DNA of 64,000 bases from an uncultured Acidobacteriota bacterium (GCA_963761615.1 CAVXGU010000003.1:1155238-1219237); one strand, 5' to 3'; positions 37,440 to 47,927 are shown, numbered from the stretch's first letter. Numbers and translations are program-made. Notes: generated by a model not told the origin, from the sequence alone.

Positions 37440-40046
37440 CTACCGTTTGCGGATCTCGCGTTCCGCCTGGAGCCAGTCCCGCTCGGCCGGGCTTCGCCCC
37501 TGGAGGCGCTGCTCGTAGATCTCATAGGCGCGTCTTGCGATCTCTGGCGTCAGGTCGGGCGTGCCTCTGGCCAGGAGCGGCGCGGCGGTTGGGTCGAACA
37601 CCCGATACGCAAGCAGTTTCACGCGGTCGTTCACGAGGAACCACGCCAGCGCATAGCCCCACACGAACAGCGCCCAGCCCCAGCCGATGGGCGTCATGAA
37701 CAACCCATAGACGGCAATGAGCGTGGCCGCCGTCTGCGTCCCGAGCACCGCCACCCACAGGATCCGCGCCGGGCGGATGGACCAGAACGAGCGGCGCGTG
37801 CGTGTCAAGAAGATCGTCAGGTGTCCGGCCACTGACAGCTTCAAGTACATCAGGGTCTGGATGTGCGCGCGGTCGAGGTGAAAGACGCGCTCGCCGAGAT
37901 AGAACAGGCCAAAGGCCGCGACGACCCCGATGACGCCGAGCACCGTGGAGATCCCCAGCACGAGGCGCATGTTCCAGGCTTCCGGCGTGTCCTTGTAATG
38001 GACGTTGTCATAGGCGATCGACAGGATGGCGCCGTCGTTGAGCAGCGCCAGTATGACGATCATCACCGCGGTGACGGGATAGAAATTGAAGACGAGGATG
38101 GCCAGCGTCATGAACAGGAGCACGCGCAGCGTTTCAGCGATCCGGTACATGGCGTAGCTGTTCATCCGCTGGAAGATCTTCCGGCTCTCCTTGATCGCGT
38201 CGATAATCACCGACAGGCCGGGCGCCAGCAGCACGATGGACGCCGCGGCGCGCGCGGCGTCGGTCGCGCCAGACACGGCGATGCCGCAGTCGGCCTTCTT
38301 CAGCGCAGGGGCGTCGTTCACCCCGTCGCCGGTCATGCCGACGATGTGGCCGCGTCGCTGCAGCACGTCCACGATGTGGAACTTGTGCTCGGGAAACACC
38401 TGTGCGAATCCGTCCGCCTGCTCGATCGACGCCGCCTGTGCCGCCGTCGCGTCCTGCTTGGTGTCGCCCAGGCTGCTGGCGTCGAGGATGTTCGTGCCCA
38501 ACCCCAGCTGTCGCGCCGTTTCTCTCGCGATGGCGACCTGATCGCCCGTCACCATCTTGACCGTCACGCCCATCTGGCGAGCGCTGGCGATCGTGGCTTT
38601 GGCCTGCTCGCGCGGCGGATCGAACAACGGCAGCACGCCGACGAACTTCCACTGGTCTGGCTGATCGGCCCGGGCCACGCCCAATGAACGGAAACCGCGG
38701 GCCGCGAACGCATTGACGGCCTCTTCGACGGCCGGCGTCACCGCGCCCACGTTCTTCGATATCTCGAGAAGGACCTGTGGCGCCCCCTTGGCCACGAAGA
38801 ACTGTCGTCCGTCCCTGCCCTTGACCGTGGCTTCGGTGCGCTTGTGCACGGGGTCGAACGGCTGGAAATGCAGAACCTGGTAGTCTTTCAGCGCCTGATC
38901 GTCCTTCACGCCGCCGATCACCGCGAGGTCGATCGTGTCCTTGTCTTCCGCGCGTGACGCGAGGGCAGCCCAGAGAATGACCTGCGCGGCCGGGATCCCG
39001 TCGACGCTGAATGGCTCGCCCAGCGTCAGCGTGTTCTGGGTCAGGGTGCCGGTCTTGTCCGAGCACAGCACATCCACGCCGGCGAGCTCTTCGATTGCCG
39101 ACAGCCGGGTCACGATCGCTTGCTTCTTCGCCAGGAGCCGCGCGCCGACGGCCATGGTCACGGACAGCACGGTGGGCATGGCCACGGGGATCGCGGCGAC
39201 GAGCAGCACCAGGGCGAACTCCAAGGTGTCGAGCATCGGGTCGCCACGGAAGAGGGCGACGGTCACGATCAACACGACCAGCGCCACGGCGAGGATGATC
39301 AGGTAATCGCCGATCTTCAGCACGGCACGTTGGAAATGGCTGACGGTATGAGCCTCCTGGACCAGTTGCGCCGTCTTGCCAAAGTACGTATTCGCGCCGG
39401 TGGCGTAGACCATGGCGTCGATCTCGCCCTGGCGGATGATCGACCCGGAATAGACAGCCTCGCCGGTCTTACGTGTGGCGGGCAACGATTCGCCGGTCAG
39501 CGCGGACTGGTCCACCTCCAGGGGATCGCCTGCCAGCAGTCGCGCATCGGCTGGCACGATGTCGCCCAGTCGTAGCCGGATGACGTCACCGGGTACGAGT
39601 TCACGCGCGGCCGGCGTCGTCCACTTCCCATCACGCTTCACCCTGGCTTTGACCGCCAGCTTGGCCTTCAGAGCCGCGATGGCGTTGCCCGCCTGGTGTT
39701 CTTCCCAGAATCCGACGACGGCGTTGGACGCGAGTAACAGAAGGATGATGAAGAAATCCAGCCAGTGCCGGACGACGCCAGACAGGATCACCGCACTTTC
39801 GATCATCCACGGGATGGGTCCCCAGAAGTACGTGAGGAACTTCAGGAACGCATTGGTCTTCTGTTCGGCAATCTCGTTCGGCCCATACTGGGTCAGGCGC
39901 TTCTGCGCTTCGGCGCCGGTGAGGCCATCCGGCGACGACCCCAGCTTCTTTTCCACGTCTGCCAGCGGCAGCGTCTTCAGATCGTCCTTCGTGCCGGGCG
40001 TGGGCCCCGGCTTCGATTCAGGAGGCGTCGATGTGTCTCTCGCCAT
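37440..40046 (-). CDS. P-type ATPase, plasma-membrane H+-ATPase-like (P3A-like)
   Basis: TGES, CSDKTGTLT, MVTGD, GMTGDGVNDAPALKKADCGIAV; 10-TM layout; C-terminal tail IARRAYEIYEQRLQGRSPAERDWLQAEREI is DUF2934-like; start ATG 40046. Confidence 0.9.
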   Translation of the reverse strand: MARDTSTPPESKPGPTPGTKDDLKTLPLADVEKKLGSSPDGLTGAEAQKRLTQYGPNEIAEQKTNAFLKFLTYFWGPIPWMIESAVILSGVVRHWLDFFIILLLLASNAVVGFWEEHQAGNAIAALKAKLAVKARVKRDGKWTTPAARELVPGDVIRLRLGDIVPADARLLAGDPLEVDQSALTGESLPATRKTGEAVYSGSIIRQGEIDAMVYATGANTYFGKTAQLVQEAHTVSHFQRAVLKIGDYLIILAVALVVLIVTVALFRGDPMLDTLEFALVLLVAAIPVAMPTVLSVTMAVGARLLAKKQAIVTRLSAIEELAGVDVLCSDKTGTLTQNTLTLGEPFSVDGIPAAQVILWAALASRAEDKDTIDLAVIGGVKDDQALKDYQVLHFQPFDPVHKRTEATVKGRDGRQFFVAKGAPQVLLEISKNVGAVTPAVEEAVNAFAARGFRSLGVARADQPDQWKFVGVLPLFDPPREQAKATIASARQMGVTVKMVTGDQVAIARETARQLGLGTNILDASSLGDTKQDATAAQAASIEQADGFAQVFPEHKFHIVDVLQRRGHIVGMTGDGVNDAPALKKADCGIAVSGATDAARAAASIVLLAPGLSVIIDAIKESRKIFQRMNSYAMYRIAETLRVLLFMTLAILVFNFYPVTAVMIVILALLNDGAILSIAYDNVHYKDTPEAWNMRLVLGISTVLGVIGVVAAFGLFYLGERVFHLDRAHIQTLMYLKLSVAGHLTIFLTRTRRSFWSIRPARILWVAVLGTQTAATLIAVYGLFMTPIGWGWALFVWGYALAWFLVNDRVKLLAYRVFDPTAAPLLARGTPDLTPEIARRAYEIYEQRLQGRSPAERDWLQAEREIRKR

Positions 40047-40048
40047 CG

Positions 40049-40180
40049 TCAGCCCTTTCGTAGCAGAACAATGATGCTGACCAACCCGGCCAACAGCGCA
40101 ATCCACAGCCCGATCGCGGCGCGCGTGGCCTTACGGGCGCCCTTCTCCTCCCACCAGCTCGCTGAATGAGTGCCCTGCAC
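40049..40180 (-). CDS. candidate 43-aa single-TM micro-protein immediately upstream of the P-type ATPase
   Basis: GTG 40180 .. TGA 40049-40051, 2 nt before the ATPase ATG; (M)QGTHSASWWEEKGARKATRAAIGLWIALLAGLVSIIVLLRKG; about 79 percent G/C at codon position 3; no clear SD. Confidence 0.3.
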   Translation of the reverse strand: MQGTHSASWWEEKGARKATRAAIGLWIALLAGLVSIIVLLRKG

Positions 40181-40249
40181 CGAAAACGTGAGAACGCCGA
40201 CCAGGTTGAGCCCGCGTGCGCTCCGTCCGGCTCCATTCTCGCGTCCGTG

Positions 40250-40852
40250 TCATCGCAGTCCCGGCTGCGCCCAACGCGCGGCCGGGCCGGCGTTCCACAG
40301 CGTAATGACTGGCACCCTTGGGTGGTCGGGTTCGTGGCCGAGAACACTGAGCGACGCCGGGCCGAGCGCAAAATGCTGCCCTTCGATCGTCGGCATGCCG
40401 ATCCAGCGCGCGGCCAGGACGCACCCGAACTGGCCGTGCGAGAACAGCGCGACGTTGCCGCTCAGGCTCAGCAGATGTGCGATGAGCCGATCGGCGCGCT
40501 CGGACACCTGCGCGGCCGTTTCGCCGCCAGGACAGCCATCCCGAAACACATTCCAGTCCGGTCGTCCCTGGCGGATGTCCACCGTGCGCCGGCCTTCGTA
40601 CTCGCCGTAGTCCCATTCCTCCAGGTCCGGTTCGACCTCGGCCGCCGATCCCAGCCCGGCCAATTCGCATGTTCGCCGCGCGCGTTGCCGGGGGCTGGTC
40701 AGCACGCGTGCAAAGTCGACCTCTCGGAGGACCGGCGCAAGGGTGCGCGCCTCGTCCTCGCCGCGCGCGGTCAACGGAATATCCGTGCGACCGGTATGCT
40801 GACCGGAGCGCGTCCACTCGGTGTCGCCGTGGCGAATCAGGTAGAGCTGCAC
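40250..40852 (-). CDS. histidine phosphatase superfamily protein (phosphoglycerate-mutase-like)
   Basis: LIRHGDTEW (RHG motif), second catalytic His in FSHG; 200 aa. Confidence 0.85.
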   Translation of the reverse strand: MQLYLIRHGDTEWTRSGQHTGRTDIPLTARGEDEARTLAPVLREVDFARVLTSPRQRARRTCELAGLGSAAEVEPDLEEWDYGEYEGRRTVDIRQGRPDWNVFRDGCPGGETAAQVSERADRLIAHLLSLSGNVALFSHGQFGCVLAARWIGMPTIEGQHFALGPASLSVLGHEPDHPRVPVITLWNAGPAARWAQPGLR

Positions 40853-41892
40853 GAGCCTGCCAGGCGCCCTTCCATAGCGGCATCGTATTCGCCGCGAAGC
40901 GCAGCGCGATTACACTCGGCCCGGTGGAGCAGCGCGTGCTGCGCCGCCACTCGACGCGCCTCCGTGCCTCCCCAGATTCCCAGTGCCGGTCGCTGGATGG
41001 CGCGACCGAAGGAAAACGTCAACGCCCAGGGCAGTGGCGACGCCGGTGCTCTGAACCTGACATGCATGGCATTCAAGCGAGCCGAGGCCAGTTCGCCGGA
41101 TTGGCCGCCGGACAGGAACGCAATCCCGGGAACGGCGGCGGGGACGACTCGCAGGAGACAGCGCACCGTCGCGTCCGCTACTTCGTCGACAGTCGCTTGC
41201 GTGCCGCAGGTCAATCCCGGCAGCACCATGTTGGGCTTCAGGATCATCGCCTCCAGCATCACCCGCTGGATCGCGAGCTCATCGAACACTCTTCGCAGCA
41301 CCTCCTCCGTGACCGCGCGGCACCGCTCCAGTGTATGCCCGCCTGCCATGAGCACTTCGGGCTCGACGATCGGGACCAGTCCGGCTTCCTGGCACAACGC
41401 GGCATAGCGAGCCAGCGCCTGCGCGTTGGCCTCGAGGCAAGCGCGGCTGGGCAAGCTGTCGCCCACCGCGATCACCGCGCGCCACTTGGCGAAACGGGCG
41501 CCCATCTGTCCGTACTTCTGGAGGCGGACCCGCAACCCGTCCAGGCCTTCGGTGATCCGTTCACCGGGATGGCCGGCGAGGGGCTTGGCGCCGATGTCCA
41601 CTTTGATGCCGGGCATGATGCCGGCATCGACGAGGACCTTGACGAAGGGGGTGCCGTCCGTCGTCGTCTGGCGGATCGTCTCGTCATAGAGGATCGCGCC
41701 GCTGATGCACGCGGCCAGATCCGGCGTGGTCACCATCAATTCCCGATAGGCGCGGCGGGCCTCCTCGGTCTGGGGAATCCCCGCCTTGGCAAAGCGCTTG
41801 TCGCAGGTGCCCTTGCTCTCGTCCATCGCGAGCAGGCCCTTGCCGCCGGCGACGAGCGCCGTGGCGGCGGCTCGAAGCCCCTGCCCGTTCAT
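40837..41892 (-). CDS. fba: class I fructose-bisphosphate aldolase
   Basis: [41 protein letters not shown] blocks; ATG 41892 overlaps the xfp stop by 4 nt. Confidence 0.9.
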   Translation of the reverse strand: MNGQGLRAAATALVAGGKGLLAMDESKGTCDKRFAKAGIPQTEEARRAYRELMVTTPDLAACISGAILYDETIRQTTTDGTPFVKVLVDAGIMPGIKVDIGAKPLAGHPGERITEGLDGLRVRLQKYGQMGARFAKWRAVIAVGDSLPSRACLEANAQALARYAALCQEAGLVPIVEPEVLMAGGHTLERCRAVTEEVLRRVFDELAIQRVMLEAMILKPNMVLPGLTCGTQATVDEVADATVRCLLRVVPAAVPGIAFLSGGQSGELASARLNAMHVRFRAPASPLPWALTFSFGRAIQRPALGIWGGTEARRVAAQHALLHRAECNRAALRGEYDAAMEGRLAGSCSST

Positions 41893-44270
41893 TGCGCCGC
41901 ACTCCATTTCCAGTTGCGGATTTCGGGCAGGTCCTGGCCGTGCTGGTCGATGTACTGCTTGTGTGCGATGAGCTTGTCCGCCATCGTCTGCTTCAGATAG
42001 GCGCCCTTGGCGCCCAGATGGGGCAGGCGATCGACCACGTCCTGCACCAGGTGGAACCGATCGAGATCGTTCTGGACTCGCATGTCGAACGCCGTCGTAA
42101 TCGTGCCCTCCTCCTTGTAGCCGCGCACGTGCAGGTGGCGATTGGTCCGGCGGTAGGTGAGCCGATGGACGAGCCAGGGGTAGCCGTGAAAGCCGAAGAT
42201 GATGTGCTTGTCCGTCGTGAAGAGCGAGTCGTAATCCCTGTCGGTCAGCCCGTGCGGGTGCTCCGTGCTCGGCTGCAGTTTCATCAGATCGACGACGTTG
42301 ACCACGCGAATCTTCAGATCCGGCAGATGTGCGCGCAGGATCGACACGGCGGCCAGAATCTCCAGCGTCGGCGTGTCTCCGCAACAGGCCATCACCACGT
42401 CGGGATCGCCGCCCTGATCATTGCTGGCCCAGGGCCAGATCCCGATTCCTTCCGTGCAGTGCACCACCGCTTCGTCCATGGTGAGCCATTGCGGAAGGGC
42501 GTGTTTACCCGCCACCACCACGTTGACGTAGTGCCGGCTGCGCAGGCAGTGGTCGAACACCGACAGCAAACAGTTCGCGTCCGGTGGCAGATACACCCGC
42601 ACGATATCGGCCTTCTTGTTGATCACGTGGTCGAGGAAGCCGGGATCCTGGTGCGTGAAGCCGTTGTGGTCCTGCTGCCAGACGTGGGAGGCGAGCAGGT
42701 AGTTCAGGGAGGCGATGTTCCGGCGCCAGGGCAGTTCCCGGGTGACCTTGAGCCACTTGGCGTGCTGGCTGAACATCGAGTCCACGATCCGAACGAAGGC
42801 TTCGTAGCAGTTGAAGAGCCCATGCCGCCCGGTGAGCAGATAGCCCTCCAGCCACCCCTCGCACTGGTGCTCGCTGAGCATCGAGTCCAGCACGCGTCCA
42901 GCGGGCGCGAGGAACTCGTCGTTCTCGACGGTTCGCGCGTCCCACTGCCGGTTGGTGACGTCGAAGACGGCGCCCAGCAGATTCGAGACGGTTTCGTCCG
43001 GCCCGAAGACCCGGAAATTGCGCTGATCCTGATTCAGCTTCTCGACGTCACGCAGGAACGTGCCGAGGACGAGCGTGTCCTGGCCATCGACGGCGCCGGG
43101 CGACGGGACCTTCACCGCGTGGTCGTGGAAGTCCGGCATGCGCAGGTCGCGCAGCAGCACGCCGCCGTTGGTGTGCGGATTGGCGCCCATCCGGCGGTTG
43201 CCCTTCGGCGCCAGCTCGGCCAACTCGGGCCGCAGTCGGCCGTTCGCATCGAAGAGCTCGTCGGCCTTGTAGCTCTTCATCCAGCTCTCGAGCTGCGCGA
43301 CATGATCGGGGTGTGCGGCATCGACGAGCAGCGGGACCTGGTGCGCCCGGAAGGTCCCCTCGATGGGCAGGCCGTCTACGAACTTGGGTCCAGTCCAGCC
43401 CTTGGGTGTCTTGAGGACGATCATCGGCCAGCGCGGTCGAGTGGTGTCCTTCGTTTGCCGCGCGTGCTCGTGAATGCGTCGGATGTCCTCGATGACGTGG
43501 TCCAGGGTGGCGGCCATACGCTGGTGCATCCCGTCCGGCTCGTCGCCTTCCACGAAGTACGGCGTCCAGCCGCAGCCTCGGAGGAACTGCTCCAGTTCCT
43601 CGTGTTCGATGCGGGCCAGCACGGTCGGGTTGCTGATCTTGTAGCCGTTGAGGTGCAGGATGGGCAGCACGGCTCCGTCCGTGATCGGGTCGAGCAGCTT
43701 GTTGGACTGCCAGGCGGTCGCGAGGGGGCCGGTTTCTGCTTCGCCGTCGCCGATGACGCACGCCACAATCAGATCGGGATTGTCGAACGCGGCCCCGAAC
43801 GCATGGCTCAATGAGTACCCCAGCTCGCCCCCCTCGTGAATCGAGCCCGGCGTCGTCGGCGCCACGTGGCTGGAAATCCCGCCGGGAAACGAGAACTGCT
43901 TGAAGAGCTTCTTCAGGCCGGCTTCGTCCTGGCTGACGTTCGGATAGATCTCGCTCCAGGTGCCCTCGAGGTACACGTTGCCCACAATCGCCGGGCCGCC
44001 GTGACCGGGGCCGGCGATGTAGAACATGTCCAGGTCGTATTGCGTGATGACCCGGTTCAAATGGACGTAGATGAAGTTCTGGCCCGGCGTCGTGCCCCAG
44101 TGTCCGACGACCAGCGGTTTCACGTGCGCGAGTGTCAGCGGCTCTTTCAGCAGCGGATTGTCGTACAGGTAGATTTGGCCGACCGACACGTAGTTGGCAG
44201 CCCGCCAGTACGCGTCCATCCTGTGGAGGAGGTCAGGCGTCAGGGGAGTCGGCGGCAGGTGATCTCTCAT
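41889..44270 (-). CDS. xfp: xylulose-5-phosphate/fructose-6-phosphate phosphoketolase
   Basis: 793 aa; [54 protein letters not shown]-like blocks; start ATG 44270. Confidence 0.95.
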   Translation of the reverse strand: MRDHLPPTPLTPDLLHRMDAYWRAANYVSVGQIYLYDNPLLKEPLTLAHVKPLVVGHWGTTPGQNFIYVHLNRVITQYDLDMFYIAGPGHGGPAIVGNVYLEGTWSEIYPNVSQDEAGLKKLFKQFSFPGGISSHVAPTTPGSIHEGGELGYSLSHAFGAAFDNPDLIVACVIGDGEAETGPLATAWQSNKLLDPITDGAVLPILHLNGYKISNPTVLARIEHEELEQFLRGCGWTPYFVEGDEPDGMHQRMAATLDHVIEDIRRIHEHARQTKDTTRPRWPMIVLKTPKGWTGPKFVDGLPIEGTFRAHQVPLLVDAAHPDHVAQLESWMKSYKADELFDANGRLRPELAELAPKGNRRMGANPHTNGGVLLRDLRMPDFHDHAVKVPSPGAVDGQDTLVLGTFLRDVEKLNQDQRNFRVFGPDETVSNLLGAVFDVTNRQWDARTVENDEFLAPAGRVLDSMLSEHQCEGWLEGYLLTGRHGLFNCYEAFVRIVDSMFSQHAKWLKVTRELPWRRNIASLNYLLASHVWQQDHNGFTHQDPGFLDHVINKKADIVRVYLPPDANCLLSVFDHCLRSRHYVNVVVAGKHALPQWLTMDEAVVHCTEGIGIWPWASNDQGGDPDVVMACCGDTPTLEILAAVSILRAHLPDLKIRVVNVVDLMKLQPSTEHPHGLTDRDYDSLFTTDKHIIFGFHGYPWLVHRLTYRRTNRHLHVRGYKEEGTITTAFDMRVQNDLDRFHLVQDVVDRLPHLGAKGAYLKQTMADKLIAHKQYIDQHGQDLPEIRNWKWSAAQ

Positions 44271-44623
44271 TCGGACCTCAAGGTTTCGATCGGATCGAGG
44301 AAGGCCGCTTTTCTCGCCGGGTAGTAGCCAAAGCCGATCCCGACGAGGGCGCGTAAGCTTCCCCGTCAAGTAGACAGCGCGAAAGTGGACTTTCCGGGCG
44401 ATGTGGGCCTCGGCAGAAAGGTGAGGGGCGGCACCCGGCCGAGGCTGTCGTGAGTCGGGGGCGCTTGGGAGTCGGTACGACCGGGACCGGGCGGAATGCA
44501 GGAGTCGGATTTGCAGCTCGAACGGGCGTGTCGGTCGTTCGATCCTGCTGGTCGAGTATGCCGGACGACGCCCGTCGGCGGCTGTGTCGTTGTGCACACC
44601 GGCACGACCGATTCGGGCCCACG

Positions 44624-44830
44624 TCACCGCTTCACGGCCTTGCGGACGCGGGACATCGCGTCGCTGGCCTTGTGCCCGATCCGGCCGACAGCGGCCTCGA
44701 CCTTGCCCGCGGTCACGTCCGCCCGGCCCTCGGCCTTGAGGTGGTTGTCACGGGTCACCGCGGCGACCGCCTGCTTGACCTTGCCCTTCGCCTGATCGAC
44801 GTTCCCTCGACGCTCCTTGCTGTTCCACAT
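44624..44830 (-). CDS. CsbD-family stress protein
   Basis: [25 protein letters not shown]...GKVE..VG; 68 aa. Confidence 0.8.
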   Translation of the reverse strand: MWNSKERRGNVDQAKGKVKQAVAAVTRDNHLKAEGRADVTAGKVEAAVGRIGHKASDAMSRVRKAVKR

Positions 44831-45031
44831 GTGAGGCCTCCATGCGCAGCGATGCGTCGCACCCTGCGTCGGGGCCAGCATGGCATCCGGCCGGGGATCG
44901 CGGTGTACACAAGCGCACAGCCGCGCGTGCCGGTCGAACGGCCGTGCCCGGTGTGCCGTTCGGGACAGTCCGCCGATCGGCGGTCGCCGTACGCTGACAC
45001 TCGAAGATCGTCCACGAAGGGGAGGCAGCTG

Positions 45032-45913
45032 ATGCATCGTCGATTCACGTCCGGAAGTGTGCTCGTCCTGATGGTCGCGCTGGTCGCATCGGTCGCGGTG
45101 TCGGTGCGGGCCGCCAGCGAGCGAGCGACGTTCATCCTCACCAACGGTGACCGGATCAGCGGGCCCGTCGTGTTTCATGGCCGGTCGCGCGAGAACCTGG
45201 TCGACGGCTACATGAGCCTGGGTGCCGAGAACGGCAGGGAGCGATCCGTTCCGGTCGACCAGGTCGCCGTCATCGACTTCGTCGGCGGCCGCCCTCAGCG
45301 CGCGGAACTCCAGGCGCTGCCCTTCGACAGCAGGACGCAGGTCCTGGCCCTGAGAAACGGCTCGATGCAGCCGGGGACGTTCGTCAACATGCTCGGCGGC
45401 GACACCCTCGTCTGGCAGAGTCCGAGAGGGCAGCGCCGGCGGTACGCGATTCGCGATGTCAGCCGCGTGTACTTGAACCTGGAGAGCGCCCGCGCCGTGT
45501 GGGACGTCCGAGGAGGACGTGATCGGAACGGGCCGCCAGTCGCGTTCCGTGGGACGTCGGACGCTGACGCGATCCGCGTCGAGGCGAGTCAGCCCTGGAC
45601 CGAGACCGGAGTCATCGTGAGGCGGGGGGATCGCCTCGCCTTCTTCGCGACGGGCGAGATCAGGTTTTCACGGGATTCCGGGGCCGCCGCCGGACCCGAC
45701 GGGAACGGGAGGACGAGGAGCGCCGGCTATCCGGTGTCCGCGATGTCGCTCGGCGGTTTGATCGGACAGGTCGGTAACAGTGCGCCGTTTCCTATCGGAT
45801 CGAACACGCGGCCGATCGCGATGCCGGCCGACGGGCGCCTCAGGCTCGGCGTCAACGACAACGAGCGGAACGACAACAGCGGGTACTTTGCGGTGGTCAT
45901 TACGAGGCCGTAG
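45032..45913 (+). CDS. secreted protein with C-terminal PA-IL/LecA-like beta-sandwich domain
   Basis: GGGGAGG before the ATG; signal peptide; W.ETGV.V..GD.L.F.A.GEI....GPDG......GGLIG.VG....F.IG......A.G.L.LGVND..NDNSG.F.V.I pattern. Confidence 0.65.
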   Translation: MHRRFTSGSVLVLMVALVASVAVSVRAASERATFILTNGDRISGPVVFHGRSRENLVDGYMSLGAENGRERSVPVDQVAVIDFVGGRPQRAELQALPFDSRTQVLALRNGSMQPGTFVNMLGGDTLVWQSPRGQRRRYAIRDVSRVYLNLESARAVWDVRGGRDRNGPPVAFRGTSDADAIRVEASQPWTETGVIVRRGDRLAFFATGEIRFSRDSGAAAGPDGNGRTRSAGYPVSAMSLGGLIGQVGNSAPFPIGSNTRPIAMPADGRLRLGVNDNERNDNSGYFAVVITRP

Positions 45914-45953
45914 CGGACGGGATCCGCCAGCGGTTCACCTGGAGTACGGACAC

Positions 45954-46286
45954 ATGGAGCGCACGCAGATGGACGAATCACCGCAGGAGCGTCGAACGCA
46001 CGGATTCACGATCGGATTCCTGGCCGGGACGGCCGTTGGCGCCGGCCTGACCCTCTGGCTGGCCCCGCGGGTCGCGGCGGAAGTGTGCGACAGCATGACC
46101 GATGCAGCGCGACGCTTGGGGAAGCGCGCGTCCGACCGGTATCAGCGGGCCAGCAGGCAGGCCGGCGAAGCTGCCAATGAGCTCACCCGGAAGGGCTTGG
46201 GCGTCCGGGACGACGTCGCCGGGGCCGTGGCGCGAGGCGCCCACGAGGTGGAGCGTTACGCCACGTCCGTCAGGACCTCGCCCTGA
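45954..46286 (+). CDS. YtxH-domain protein
   Basis: GFTIGFLAGTAVGAGLTLWLAP TM helix followed by a helical region, as in YtxH proteins. Confidence 0.7.
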   Translation: MERTQMDESPQERRTHGFTIGFLAGTAVGAGLTLWLAPRVAAEVCDSMTDAARRLGKRASDRYQRASRQAGEAANELTRKGLGVRDDVAGAVARGAHEVERYATSVRTSP

Positions 46287-46340
46287 CGGCAGACGGGGAG
46301 GCAGTTCGCGCCGGCTGCCGTCCCCGTCCCGTGGAACGCG

Positions 46341-46538
46341 CTACTCGGACTCCTCGCGATCGAGGAGGCGCCGCTGCAGCCACGCCATGTGGATCGGCTG
46401 CAGGCGGGTGGTCCGGCGGTTTGGATCGCCGTCACAACGGAACACGTGCGCGCGCCGGGGCAAATCTGCCGGATCGGGTTCCGCCAAGAGCTTGACGAAC
46501 GCGTCCAGACAGGCCGAGTCGAGTGGTTGCAGCATCAT
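46341..46538 (-). CDS. hypothetical protein (65 aa)
   Basis: AAGGAGA 5 nt upstream of ATG 46538; no known motif. Confidence 0.45.
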   Translation of the reverse strand: MMLQPLDSACLDAFVKLLAEPDPADLPRRAHVFRCDGDPNRRTTRLQPIHMAWLQRRLLDREESE

Positions 46539-46758
46539 GAGTTCTCCTTGCCGTCCGAGTGCCTCACCTCGCGCCAGTGAGGTACGGCGAGTGCGCGTCT
46601 CGCACTCGAGAGGACTGTACGCAGGCGGCCCGGAAGAGGCTGTTCCGGATTGCACAACTCCTTTGTTTCAAGGCAGAAGGCGTTGGAGGGCGTGTGCTGA
46701 ATGGCACAGATGCGGGCGGCAGGCCTGGGGCATGCTGCTTTACACCAAGGAGTCGACG

Positions 46759-47181
46759 ATGACGGAGATCGCCACGAGGAAGGCCTGCTTGCGCGACATT
46801 CTGCTCGGCCGCCGACGTGAGTTGCAGGCAGACGTCACGCACCGCGTCCGCCAGGCTCGAACCGACCGGCCGAACGATGTACGGGACGAAGTCGACGACT
46901 CGGAGGCGTACCTCTCGGACGACGTCGAGTTCGCGCTGCTTCAGATGAAAGCGGAAACCATGAGCCGCATCGATGAGGCGCTTGGCCGACTCGCGGCGGG
47001 CGACTATGGCCGCTGCTCCGGGTGCGCTGGCGAGATCGCGGAGTCGCGGCTCCGGGCACTGCCGTTCGCGGTGCGGTGCACGAAATGTGAACAGGGACGC
47101 GAGCAGGGGCTCGCGCGCGCGCGGCGGATCTCCCAACAGAACGCCGGCCTCTCGCTCCTCTCGAACCTGCTGACGCCCTGA
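46759..47181 (+). CDS. DksA/TraR-family C4 zinc-finger protein
   Basis: Coiled-coil N-half; CSGCAGEI...RCTKCE (CxxC-17-CxxC). Confidence 0.8.
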   Translation: MTEIATRKACLRDILLGRRRELQADVTHRVRQARTDRPNDVRDEVDDSEAYLSDDVEFALLQMKAETMSRIDEALGRLAAGDYGRCSGCAGEIAESRLRALPFAVRCTKCEQGREQGLARARRISQQNAGLSLLSNLLTP

Positions 47182-47243
47182 CGGGCGGTCGCGACACGCC
47201 CACATGAGGGGGCCGCCACAGCGGTCCCCTCATGCCTGCGGCC

Positions 47244-47927
47244 TCAGCGCTCGACGGTCTCCGGCAGGGGTTCGGCGACGTCGACGACCTGGGGTACGAC
47301 GGCGCGCTTGGTCGCCGCCGCGTTCGCGACCTCCACGACCTTCACGACCTCCGCGGGCTCGCCGTGCACGACGCGCTCGGTCGGCCAATCCGTATTGGCA
47401 AAGTCGCCCTTGGTCTCACCAGTCGACGAAATGTCCTCGGCGCCCGTCTGCTCGAGAACCTGCTTGGCCTTGGTCCGCCACTCCGCGTCATCCGCGTGGA
47501 CCGAGAGCAGGATCCCGCCCTTTCTGAGCCGGCCCTCGTAGCGCTTCGCCTGATACTCCGGAATGCCCAGTCCGATGAGCGCCCCGGCCGTGCCGCCAAT
47601 GGCGCCGCCGGCGCCGATCCCGGCAAGCGCGGCTACGATGGGCCCTGCGGCGATGAACGGCCCCATGCCGGGGATCGCGAGCATCCCGATGCCCGCCAGC
47701 CATCCGAGCGCGCCGCCGATGGCCGCGCCGGTCCCGCCTCCCGCGACGGCGCCCTCCGCCGACTTCGAGCCCTTCGTGTGGGCGAACTCCTTCGAGCCGA
47801 CGTTCTGCGGAAACAGGACGGAGATGTCGGTGTTCCGAAACCCCTTCATGCGCAACGTGTCGACGGCGGCGTCCGCGCTTTCGTGACTGGGGTACACGCC
47901 GAATACTGCGGTGTTCTTGCCAGACAT
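47244..47927 (-). CDS. stress-associated membrane protein (YflT-like N-domain + Gly-zipper region), paralogous architecture to 33719..34288
   Basis: AVFGVYPSHESADAAVDTLRMKGF..ISVLFP, then GGTGAAIGGALGWLAGIGMLAIPGMGPFIAAGPIVAALAGIGAGGAIGG; start ATG 47927. Confidence 0.7.
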   Translation of the reverse strand: MSGKNTAVFGVYPSHESADAAVDTLRMKGFRNTDISVLFPQNVGSKEFAHTKGSKSAEGAVAGGGTGAAIGGALGWLAGIGMLAIPGMGPFIAAGPIVAALAGIGAGGAIGGTAGALIGLGIPEYQAKRYEGRLRKGGILLSVHADDAEWRTKAKQVLEQTGAEDISSTGETKGDFANTDWPTERVVHGEPAEVVKVVEVANAAATKRAVVPQVVDVAEPLPETVER

